Below, piece by piece: positions 23,609-34,229 of a stretch of 64,000 nt of DNA. The notes beneath the pieces are model-generated. The model worked only from the letters and a program-made list of their open reading frames with translations, did no database searches and was not told the DNA's origin. Source of the stretch: Mobula hypostoma. Its lineage: Eukaryota. The translations under genes were made by a program, and so were the position numbers. The DNA is taken from contig NC_086097.1 of NCBI RefSeq assembly GCF_963921235.1, positions 8,742,001-8,806,000 of the forward strand. Reading direction: 5' to 3'. Numbering within the stretch: position 1 is the first letter of the stretch; each line of letters starts with the position of its first letter.

Positions 23609-23931
23609 GGGTTCCCCCCCCCCCACCCTTTTCTTTCTCCCTGAGCCTCCTGTCTCATGATCCTCTCATATCCCTTTTGCCAATCAACTGTCCAGCTCTT
23701 GGCTCCATCCCTCCCCCTCCTGTCTTCTCCTATCATTTTGGATCTCCCCTTCCCCCTCCCACTTTCAAGTCTCTTACTCACTCTTCCTTCAGTTAGTCCT
23801 GACGAAGGGTCTCGGCCCGAAACGTCGACTGTACCTCTTCCTAGAGATGCTGTCTGGCCTGCTGCGTTCACCAGCAACTTTGATGTGCGTTGCTTGAATT
23901 TCCAGCATCTGCAGAATTCCTCGTGTTTGCG
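23609..23931 (+). mobile_element. Young PLE terminal repeat
   Basis: Pyrimidine-rich leader, intact hammerhead, conserved end TTTCCAGCATCTGCAGAATTCCTCGTGTTT; CpGs largely retained. Confidence 0.85.
23795..23830 (+). ncRNA. Intact minimal type I hammerhead ribozyme
   Basis: Stem I AGUC/GACU; core CUGACGA (23799-23805); stem II GGGU-cucg-GCCC; GAAA (23819-23822); palindromic ACGU in place of helix III; GUC triplet, predicted cleavage after C23826. Confidence 0.85.
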
Positions 23932-24796
23932 TACAGAAATAGGGCCTTGAGCCCATCTAATCCCTCTCGTCGGCCTGCTCTGGGACCACAGTTCTCTAAA
24001 CCCCTACCATCCATATCGCCCACCAAAGCCAGAAATGAGGTGATTTTCTTTTTGTTCTCTCAGGAAGTCTCATCTTCTAAGGTTGAAGGAAGCAAAGTTT
24101 ATTAATTATTTTTTAAGGCAGCACTGAGTAGATTCTTGTTAAGCAATGTAGCAAGAAGTTTCTGAGAATGGCAGAGAATGCAGAATTAAGGTTGCAGTCA
24201 AATCAGCCATTGTTTTATAAATGGCAGGGTAGTCCTGAGTATAGAGTGCTCCTCATCTGCATATATATACATGCATGCCTAGAAACACTGCCTTAGAGAA
24301 GTTGTTAGCTTTTCTCTCTCACATAGACGCCAAAGGTCCCAGGGATCTAATTCAAAAAGAGCAAAAGAGTTAACCCTTATGCCCCGACATTTTTCCTCGA
24401 TCGATCAAGTTCACTTGGGAGAGTTTCTAAACAGAGGCCTCATCTATCCCTTCAAATAATGTAAAAGATCCCTTGCCAGAATCCAAAGGGTAAAGATGTT
24501 TCCTTTATCTATGCCCAAACAATACCTTAACAGAGTTCCAAAAGCCTTTGCCCATCACTTTAATTTCCCATCTCACTGTCTCCCTCCATTCTCAGATTAC
24601 TAATCCACTTCACTGTAGCTCATGCAATAGAATATTATCTTTCTACTAGGCATACTGGAGAGAAGTACACTTACTACTTCAGATTAAAAGATTTTCTCAG
24701 AACTGAGAGTGATTAGAGATTTGAAGGGAAACGGGGAAGAACAGAAGATTTTAGATAAAGTAGAAAGCCGGAAGTAATGAAAGAGGGATTTGCATT

Positions 24797-25077
24797 TAAA
24801 TACAAGAGATTCTGCAGATGCTGGAAATAGAGTCATTGAATCCCTCAGAAGCAGGTCCTTCACCCATCTAGTCTGTGCCAAACCGTTTAAACCTGACCAA
24901 CGCATACAAAACGCTGGAGGAACTCATCAGGTCAGGAAGCATCAGTGAAGGGAATAAACAGTTGATATCTCAGGGCAAAGACATTTCATCAGGAATGACG
25001 ACTGGTTGCGGCCCAAAATGTCGGCAGTTTATTCCCCTCCATAGATGCTGCCTTACTTGTTGAGTTCCACTTGCATT
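24797..25077. mobile_element. Two PLE terminal repeats fused as an inverted pair
   Basis: Minus copy to ~24993 abuts plus copy from ~24994, each with a decayed hammerhead at the junction; short CR1-tail piece inserted at ~24831-24895. Confidence 0.75.
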
Positions 25078-25129
25078 TAAAGAGCATTTTCCACATTACA
25101 TTCAGGATATCTTCCTGTGCTTACAAGAT

Positions 25130-25410
25130 AATGCATCAAAGAGACCCAGCTATCACTGGGGACCTCAACACTCAGAACACGCCCTTTTTTCATTACTACC
25201 ATGAAGAAGGATGTACAGGAGCCTGAAGACACTCTCAGCGATTTAAGTGCAGCTTGTTCCCCTCTGCCATCAGATTTCTGAATGGACAATAAATCCATGA
25301 ACACTACCTCACCATCTCTTTTGCTGTTTTTGCACTAATTAATTAATCTTACTTTTATATATTTCTTAATGCAATTTATAGTTTGTTTCATTATGTATTG
25401 CATCGGATTC
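25130..25410 (+). mobile_element. Rex/Babar LINE 3' end
   Basis: Colinear with 10130-10390. Confidence 0.65.
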
Positions 25411-26510
25411 TGAAGTTCTGTCACTATAATCAGGACCATGGCCTCCGGTCTGAAAGCGGCCTTGTCATAATGATAGTGAGAATCTGGTTTTAGTTATGTT
25501 GGTTAAATGGGAGCCAGGGCAAAATTAGGTTCGAAATGAAGGTGCAAGAGGTAAAATAATATCAAGGATTAGCTTGGTTTGAAAGGGAATTAAGGTAAAA
25601 TTATTTGATTCTAAGAATCTTGTAATTGGCTGCAATGTTATTTTTTCAGGTTGCATTAGTTACCACATTTACGATAGCATCCACTGACAGGAATCCATTA
25701 TTAGCACTGCCAATCATTCTCTCTATCAAACAGTAAGTTCAAAGTTTAAAGTGAGTGTATTATCAAAGCACATGGAGTAATAAAGGATATTCTAATGAAT
25801 CTCACTAACTCTAAATTCCCAGGTTTTTGTGTGGTTAAAATTGCCATCTCATTCGGAGTTTGTATCTGAAACAAAGCAGTGTTAAGACAATACAATGAGG
25901 TTTACGACAGGCAGAATCTGTCAGAGAACGAAGGGACTGTTAAGGAGGCATAAGTATTCATTTCACATAGCAGTGACCATTTGATGTTGCATTATGATGC
26001 CAAGGCTATGGTGACAGCACCTCTGAATTCAGCTGCTACCTAAAAAGGCCAAAGACAACAGGTACACACTCAATGGCCACATAAGGTACCTCCTGCATCT
26101 AATAAAGTGGCCTCTGAGCGTACATCCGTAGCCTTCTGCTGCTGTAGCCCATCCACTTCGAGGTTCAATGTCTTGTGCATACAGAGATGCCCTTCTGAAC
26201 AGCACGATTGTAATGTGTGGTTATATGAGTTACTTTCATCTTCCAGTCAGCTTAAACCAATCTGGCCATTCCCCTCTGACCTCTCTCATTAGGAAGAAAT
26301 ATTTTCCCACAGAACTGCCAGTCACTGGATGTATTTTCCGTTACTTTTTGCGCCATTCTTTGTAAACTCTAGAGATTGTTGTGGGTCAAAATCCCACGAG
26401 ATCAGCAGTTTGTGAGATAGTCAAACCTCCCTGTCTGGCACCAACAAACATTAAGCAGTTAGCCACTTAGATCACATTTCTTCCCAATTCTGATAATTGG
26501 TCTGAACAAC

Positions 26511-27205
26511 ATAAAACATAGAATAGTGCAGCACAGTACAGGCCCTTCGGCCCACAATGTTGTGCTGACCCTCAAATCCTGCCTCCCATATAAGCCCCCA
26601 ACTTAAATTCCTCCATATACCTGTCCAGTAGTCTCTTAAACTTCACTAGTGTATCTGCCTCCACCACTGACTCAGGCAGTGCATTCCACGCACCAACCAC
26701 TCTCTGAGTAAAAAACCTTCCTCTAATATCCCCCTTGAACTTCCCACCCCTTACCTTAAAGCCATGTCCTCTTGTATTGAGCAGTGGTGCCCTGGGGAAG
26801 AGGCACTGGTTATCCACTCTATCTATTCCTCTTATTATCTTATTATCTTGTACACCTCTATCATGTCTCCTCTCATCCTCCTTCTCTCCAAAGCGTAAAG
26901 CCCTAGCTCTCTTAATCTCTGATCATAATGCATACTCTCTAAACCAGGCAGCATCCTGGTAAATCTCCTCTGTACCCTTTCCAATGCTTCCACATCCTTC
27001 CTATAGTGAGGCGACCAGAAGTGGACACAGTACTCCAATTGTGGCCTAACCAGAGTTTTATAGAGCTGCATCATTACATCGCGACTCTTAAACTCTATCC
27101 CTCGACTTATGAACACCCCATAAGCTTTCTTAACTACCCTATCTACCTGTGAGGCAACTTTCAGGGATCTGTGGATATGTACCCCCAGATCCCTCTGCTC
27201 CTCCA
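26511..27205 (-). mobile_element. CR1 LINE 3' fragment inside the Tc1 element
   Basis: ORFs 26835-27206 and 26572-26817 (QRDLGV, LEYCV.FWSP, TRGH, FFTQRVV.AWN.LP); frameshift from CTTATTAT duplication. Confidence 0.93.
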
Positions 27206-27313
27206 ACTGCTGAACCTTTTGACTATGTCTCTATGCTTTTATACATTGAGTTGCTGTCGCATGATTGGCTGATTAAATATTTGCATTAATGAACAGGTGT
27301 ACAGATGTACCTA

Positions 27314-27957
27314 ATTAGATTAGATTATTTTAGATTATGAGGACACACAGTCCTCTTTTATTGTCATTTAGTAATGCATGCATTAAGAAATGATACAATA
27401 TTCCTCTGGTGTGATATCACAGAAACACGGGGCAGACCAAGATTGAAAAACTAACTAAAACCACATAATTATAACATATAGTTACAACAGTGCAACAATA
27501 CCATAACTTGATGAAGAACAGGCCATGGCACAGTAAAAAAGTTCAAAGTCTCTCGAAAGTCCCACATCTCACACAGACGGGAGAAGGAAAAAAACTCTCC
27601 CTGCCATGCCCGACCAGGGTCCAACTCTGAGTTGTCCAAAAACTTCAAGCCGCCGATCAGCCCTCCGACACTGAGTACCGAGCACCATCTCTATCCGAAT
27701 GCTTCGACCTCAGCCTCGGTCACCAGCAGCGGGCAAAGCTGGGGATTTTGGGGCCTTCCCTCCAGAGATTCTCGATCACACAGTAGTAGCGGCAGTGAAC
27801 CGGGCATTTCAGAAATTTCTGCAGATGTTCCTCTGCTTCTCACATCTGTCTTCATCAAATCAGAATTGTGCGTGGCGTCCTACTTACAAATACGATATCA
27901 TTTCACCGGAGAGGCTACGCACGCTGCGTCGCACTGCCATCTTCTCCTCCCTCCTCC
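27314..27957 (-). mobile_element. ~650 bp non-coding retroposon (GGAGAAGATGGC start, 3' stem-loop, (TAATC)n tail)
   Basis: Homologous end-to-end with 43484-44171; AATAAA, GAGGAC-5nt-GTCCTC hairpin (27339-27355), CTAAT at both flanks. Confidence 0.8.
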
Positions 27958-28744
27958 TAAAGAAAATAAACTAATAAAGTGGCCACTGAGTGTATTATAG
28001 GTACCCTAAGGTCCCCTGTAAGTCCCAAGCTGTGTTGACTTGGAAATGCCCCTATAAGGAAAGTTAAACATGATCCCTCCTTGGTATATGCTGAAATAAA
28101 ATGTAAATCTGTAAAGACAAGGTGCTGTTAGATTGTTTTGAGAAAGTACAAGAGAACCAGTTCACAGAAATGTTTTGAGACATTTAAAGGAGCACAAGTC
28201 AATAGGCATAACAGTGGAAAATAGTGAAAACCATGTTTTTCACAGGTGGGCAAGGTCATTCCGCAAGTGCAGGTACCAAATACATGGAAATGTATCAATG
28301 TTAAGGGTTTTGAAGGACATATAAGGGGGAAAAGGGGAGAGTTTTGTTCTAGACTAAGCCAGAGTTGTTGGCTAGTACTGAGATAGGGAACAGTACATTC
28401 AGAAATTCAGAGCATGTTCAGACAGCATTAGAGAGAGAGGAGACAGACTGTGTGAGATTGTTGGATCTGAGACATTGCAGGGATTAGCTGTTTTAGTAAA
28501 TGATAGCTATTATTTTGATTTCTGTACTTCTACTTACTGCTATAGAGATTTGTTTTTTTTTTCTTTTGTTTTGCATTTGTGCTAGGTCTAATAAGTGTTT
28601 TATTGTGGCCTTGAACATATGTGTTGGTTCCTAGGTTTGCAAATACATATGTGAATACCCTGAGCTGAGCTAGGTAAGAACACATAAAGGATTTTAAAAT
28701 AATTTTTGTTATCGCTATGACAATCCTGGAACATTTTACCCTGT

Positions 28745-29050
28745 CAATGGTTGAATGGATCAATTTAATATCAGAGAATGTATACAAGATACAACCTGAA
28801 AATCTTACTCTTCACAGACTTTCACAGAACAGAAAAAAAGCAAAGAATGAATGACCAAAAATGTTAGAAACCCAAAGCCCTAACTCCCCCCTCCCATACA
28901 CAAGCAGCAGTAAAATCATCAGCTCTCCTCCCCCCCACCATTTATTCCAGCAAAAGCACCAACTCCAACACCTCCCCCCCGCCTCATGAACCACCATGAA
29001 AGCAAAAGCAGAGGCCCCAAAGAGATCATGATCTGGAGTCCATCAAAAAG
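28745..29050 (-). mobile_element. Copy of the 17020-17340 retroposon family
   Basis: Reverse-complement homology with 17020-17340. Confidence 0.65.
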
Positions 29051-29299
29051 ACAGGCTCTCTCTCTCTCAGTAGTGCTTCACAAAAACTTCGAATTTTCAA
29101 GGACATTTAAGATTGGACATGAATTTCTGGCTTTGCCCCTGCTGCATACTTCCTGTGAAACAAACCACTGGACAAATGCTTGATTGCATGAGAGCAGTTT
29201 TACACCAGTTTGCGTTTCAAAAACTGTGCTTCCAAAGCTATACAATCGTCGTCACTTGTCTTAATTATACTTAAATGACCGTTGCTTGACACTGCAGGT

Positions 29300-29760
29300 A
29301 CAGCATTGCACAAAACTAGTTATGATTGACAGCTGGCTACATTATCACCTCAGAATTTAGCGCGATCATCTCCTAATTAATGTTTAAAAGCTATATATTA
29401 ACAACTTAGAAATGACAGTGTAATTGAAAGTGCTTTTTCTTTTGCCTGGGACCATGCTGAAATATTTCCACAGAGTGATGGAACGATTGAAATGCAATTT
29501 TAACGCTACAAACACATTTTCTTGCAGATTTTATAACTTTTCATTAAACACAGAAAAAAAGATGCATGATTGATTACTGCCAAACTTCACTCATCAATAA
29601 TGCAAACCTTAAATTTAATAATATAAACTGTGCCTGCAGATGATTTAAAACTTTCAGTGCTCACACTGTCTGCTGAATGATAACTGGTATGGAATTATAC
29701 TGATATTTCACAGCCATTCTTTCAATGGGAAAATCGGCATTGATGAATATATTATTTTAC
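29300..29760. promoter_or_regulatory. Candidate conserved non-coding enhancer
   Basis: No repeat recognised, AT-rich; TGATTGACAG (29323-29332) overlapping CAGCTG, a second TGACAG, TAATTA, TGATTGAT. Motifs only; no conservation data. Confidence 0.35.
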
Positions 29761-29821
29761 AAAGCTGTGTTTCACTCTACTTTCATTTACTTTAAGCATC
29801 CATGTGTAGTAGAGACAGCCT

Positions 29822-30065
29822 AGACCATCATAACAGCATAAGACCATAAAATATAGGAGCAGAATTAGGCCATTTGGCCCATCGAGTCTGCTCTGCCATT
29901 TCATCATGGCTGATCCAATTTTCTTCTCAGCCCCAATCTCCTGCCTTCTCCCCGTATCCCTTTATGCCCTGACCAATCAAGAATATATCAAACTCTGCCT
30001 TAAATATACATAAAGACTTGGCCTCCACAGCCTCCCGTGCTAAAGAATTCCACAGGTTCACTACC
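29822..30065 (-). mobile_element. CR1 3' terminal fragment
   Basis: VVNLWNSL..EAVEAKSL..FKAE.D.FL...GIKGYG plus CR1 3'UTR. Confidence 0.85.
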
Positions 30066-30944
30066 GTATATGCTACTGTGGCACCCCAAGGTACCTGTGG
30101 CATACTATCATCTCCCCTGCCCTGCACACTTAACCTTAGTTCACAAGTAAAGATTATCATGACTACTGACAATGTGCATTTACCAATTCCTTTCTTCCTT
30201 TTACTGGAGGCTGCATTTCTTTTAAAATACATTGATGTTTCTGTGAAAGGAATGGCTGGAGGAATGCTTAAATTTCAAAGTGAAGCTCAAAAAAATTTAT
30301 TTTCGAAGTACATATATGTCAGCACATACAACTCTGAGGTTCATTTTCTGTGTGCATAATTGATAATAACTATAACAGAATCAGTGAAAGATTGCACTAA
30401 CTTGGGTATTCAACCAGACTGTGCAAACTCAAAAAGAAGGAAATAATAATAGTAAATAAATAAGCAATAAATATCAAGAGCATGAGATGAAGATTCCTTG
30501 AAAGTGACTCCATACGTTGTGAGAACAATTCAGTGAATGCAGTTGAAAAGCCTGATGGTTGAAGGGTAGTAACTATTCCTGAGCTGATCCTGAACACTAT
30601 ACACATACTGCCTTCCTTATTGTACTTCTGGAGCGTTACAGTCAGAAGGACAAAAAGCAAATATCTCAGTGTTTTATGTATATTTCATTGTAGCATTATG
30701 TTTATTTTATTACAGTTATGTTTTATTGCTGCAAAGTAACATCCTGTCACAGTGTTCTGTTTTACAGTGTGTTCCAACATAATAAGAAAAATGTGGAAAA
30801 TAGATCACAAAGGAGACAATTGCATTTCTTTAAGGTTTACTGAATAAATTCTCAGTTGAAATCTCACATTGTCATTGCTTTGAAAAGAACAACAAAAATG
30901 ATTTAGGATTTCAATGATATGGAAATAATAGGCAAGGTATTAAG

Positions 30945-31802
30945 TTGGGTGAGTGGGCAAACTCATGGCAGATGCAATTTAATGTGGATAAATGTGAAGT
31001 TATCCACTTTGGTGGCAAAAATAGGAAAACAGATTATTATCTGAATGGTGGCCGATTAGGAAAAAGGGAGGTGCAACGAGACCTGGGTGTCATTATACAC
31101 CAGTCATTGAAAGTGGGCATGCAGGTACAGCAGGCGGTGAAAAAGGCGAACGGTATGCTGGCATTTATAGCGAGAGGATTCGAGTACAGGAGCAGGGAGG
31201 TACTACTGCAGTTGTACAAGGCCTTGGTGAGACCACACCTGGAGTATTGTGTGCAGTTTTGGTCCCCTAATCTGAGGAAAGACATCTTTGCCATAGAGGG
31301 AGTACAAAGAAGGTTCACCAAATTGATTCCTGGGATGGCAGGACTTTCATATGAAGAAAGACTGGATGAACTGGGCTTGTACTCGTTGGAATTTAGAAGA
31401 TTGAGGGGGGATCTGATTGAAACGTATAAGATCCTAAAGGGATTGGACAGGCTAGATGCGGGAAGATTGTTCCCGATGTTGGGGAGGTCTAGAACGAGGG
31501 GTCACAGTTTGAGGATAGAGGGGAAGCCTTTTAGGACCGAGGTTAGGAAAAACTTCTTCACACAGAGAGTGGTGAATCTGTGGAATTCTCTGCCACAGCA
31601 AACTGTTGAGGCCAGTTCATTAGCTATGTTTAAAAGGAAGTTAGATATGGCCCTTGTGGCTACAGGGGTCAGGGGGTATGGAGGGAAGGCTGGGTTCTGA
31701 GTTGGATGATCAGCCATGATCATAATAAATGGCGGTGCAGGCTCGAAGGGTCGAATGGCCTACTCCTGCACCTATTTTCTATGTTTCTATGTTTCTATGT
31801 TT
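30945..31802 (+). mobile_element. Young 5'-truncated CR1 copy, same subfamily as 6605-9427
   Basis: Uninterrupted 251 aa ORF2 C-terminus nearly identical to 8650-9427; (TTTCTATG)3 tail. Confidence 0.96.
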
Positions 31803-31814
31803 TTTATATTTTAT

Positions 31815-32520
31815 TCTGTAGTTGGGCTCATCACCAACATTGTTGAGACGGCCTACCTTGAGAAGGTGGAAGAGCTCGAGGCCTGGTGCCATGGCAAATA
31901 ATCTCTTCCTTAATGTCAATAAGACAAAGCAGATAACTATCGACTGCAGAAGAACTTGCACCACTCACACCTCCCCTTTCACGCACAGCAGCGGAAACTG
32001 CGAGCAACTTCAAACTCCCAGGAAACCACATCACACACAACCTCTCGTAGTCACAAGACACATCCTACATAGTCAAGAAAGCTCATCGACGCCTTCACTT
32101 TCTGAGCAGCAGAAGAGAGCTGGACTTCACACATCCATAATCTCGCCATTCTACAGATGCCTAGTAGGGAGCATCCTAACAAGATGCATCACTGCTTGGT
32201 ATGGAAACTGCACTGCAGCAGTCAGGAAGGCTCTAGAAAGGGTAGCCAAATGTGCCCAGTGCATCACTGTCACCAGCCTATTCACTATCAAGTACGTGTC
32301 AAGTATATATAGGTGCAGAAAAGAGCTAGTAACATCATGAACAGAGGGGGAGGGGAGGGGTCTTCAAGGCTTTGATGTCTCTATCATTCATTCTATTGGT
32401 TTTCTTGTTTCGTGGACATCTGTGAAGAGTACGAATTTCAGGTTGGTTACTCTATACATTCTATGATATTAAAAGCACCTTTCAGCCTTTGAAGGATCCC
32501 ACTACTCTGCTCATGCCCAC
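31815..32520 (+). mobile_element. Degraded Rex/Babar RT C-terminal fragment
   Basis: NNLFLNVNKTK, FYRCLVGSILTRCITAWYGN, ALERV; interrupted at ~32340-32490 by another repeat. Confidence 0.78.
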
Positions 32521-32986
32521 ATATTCACATGTATGCAGGTACTTTCAGCAGAATCCCCAGCAGGAATGTCCTTCCAGACGCCAATTAATCCTCATCCAGA
32601 CAGAAATTGAAACACGTAGTCGGATCATTACAAAGGTACACTGGTGAAGGTTGAAAAATAATAACACCAATGAATATTAAGATATCCAGCTAATCTCACT
32701 GTCAAAACTGAATACAGCTATAAGTCTCAGTCTCCAGATATCATGAAAGCGGTTTGAATTCAGGCCAGATCATTGATGCAGGTTTTAAGGATGACTAGTC
32801 TGTCAAAATAATTATTATGCTACTGTACAATTCTCTACTTGCAAAAAATGTCCACTACTCCAAACTTGTTTATTTTGAACTCTTAATTCAGTTTTAATTT
32901 TAGGCAACAGTATTAAAGGTAATCACTGAATTGAAGCTGTGGATGAACTCTTTTATTGACTGAAAGTTAGTTGCTTGCTTTTATTG

Positions 32987-33109
32987 CAACGCACATCAAA
33001 GTTGCTGGTGAACGCAGCAGGCCAGGCAGCATCTCTAGGAAGAGGTACAGTTGACGTTTCAGGCCGAGACCCTTCGTCAGGACTAACTGAAGGAAGAGTG
33101 AGTAAGAGA
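32987..33109 (-). mobile_element. 123 bp PLE terminal-repeat insertion with 19 bp TSD
   Basis: TAGTTGCTTGCTTTTATTG at 32968-32986 and 33110-33128; 3 mismatches versus ~23770-23892. Confidence 0.9.
33049..33084 (-). ncRNA. Minimal hammerhead ribozyme, near intact
   Basis: Reverse complement AGTC-CTGACGA-agggtctcggcct-GAAA-CG-TC-AACT; one stem I mismatch next to the cleavage site. Confidence 0.75.
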
Positions 33110-34229
33110 TAGTTGCTTGCTTTTATTGTTTGGATGATTTTTTTTCCCTCTGCATATTGGGTGTTAACAGTCTTCTTTTTTTAAATGGTTCTTTGGAGGT
33201 TTCTTTGTTTTGTGGCTGCCTGTAAGAGGATGAATCTCAAGGTTGTATAATGTATACATACTTTGAACTTTAGTCCTTCCTCAATCAGGTTTTTGGAACT
33301 GATGCAATGTGTAAGGTGAAGATGTTCCTCTGTGCTGTTGGGAGGCAAAATGACAAAATCAGATTCACTGAGCTTGGAGTCAGAGTGCATGATCAAATGT
33401 AGACATTGTGGAACTTGGAGGAGAACTTGGTAATAGTTGTGTACTTATCCTTTGACATAACGTCGCTGCATGTTTGAGGGTGCTGTCAAACTTAATGAAC
33501 ACCCATAAATAAATCTTTTATACTTCTCCACACATTTGTCCTTCTTACTCTAGGCTGACTTTATCCACCGCGTATCAATTGTTGTATATCATTGATGCCA
33601 TCACTCTTGGGAGAACACTTATAAAAATAATTTTTCTTTTGCTGTTGGGGTTTGAGAAGATTATTGCTTTATGCAGCTCATTATGATCTGCCCAAGGGAA
33701 ATGCTAACCTTGCATCTCAGCAAGAAAGGCGTCAAAGCTGTCTGAGTAATATAATATTTGAAGCTTCATTATTTATGCTCTTGCAATCTCAGCTGCCAGG
33801 AATGTCTAACATTGTCATTTGAAGTAGTTCCATTGCTAGGGTGCTTCTGTACCAGTGAATCAACAAATGCCACATTATTTAGGCTAGTTAAGGTATATTA
33901 TTAGCATTAGATTGAAGATTGCATTTATAATTATTCCAAATAGCTTCTTGTTATCTGTGAATTTTGATATATTGCATAAAATAACTAATTCATTTATACA
34001 TAGGAGAGAATAATAGACCGTGCTTTGTATTTCCTTGTGCATAATTTCTATGTGCCTTTGTGGAAATAGGTGATAACAAACATGCAAACGAATGTTTGTA
34101 TTTATTTATTTATTCACCCACAGAATGTGGGCATCGCTACTAATCCCAGCACTTAACATATTTAACTAATAACAGATGACCTTGCTACCTTTTCAGAGGA
34201 TCTGTCCTGGACCCGACAATTAAGTGCAA

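Larger units (their letters stand above)
26067..27992 (-). mobile_element. Internally deleted Tc1 DNA transposon with two nested insertions
   Basis: TIRs CACTCA(A/G)TGGCCAC(TTTATTAG), TA after right end; minus ~26489-26130 encodes decayed Tc1 transposase N-terminus (GKKCDLS..VGAR..GLTISQTADLVGF..TTISRVY...MGYSSRR). Confidence 0.85.

Noticed and set aside
25650..25732. 83 nt exon-like segment (TTTTTTCAG ... GTAAGT)
   Set aside because: Peptide unrecognised; the donor overlaps the tail of a Rex-type repeat, so probably coincidental.
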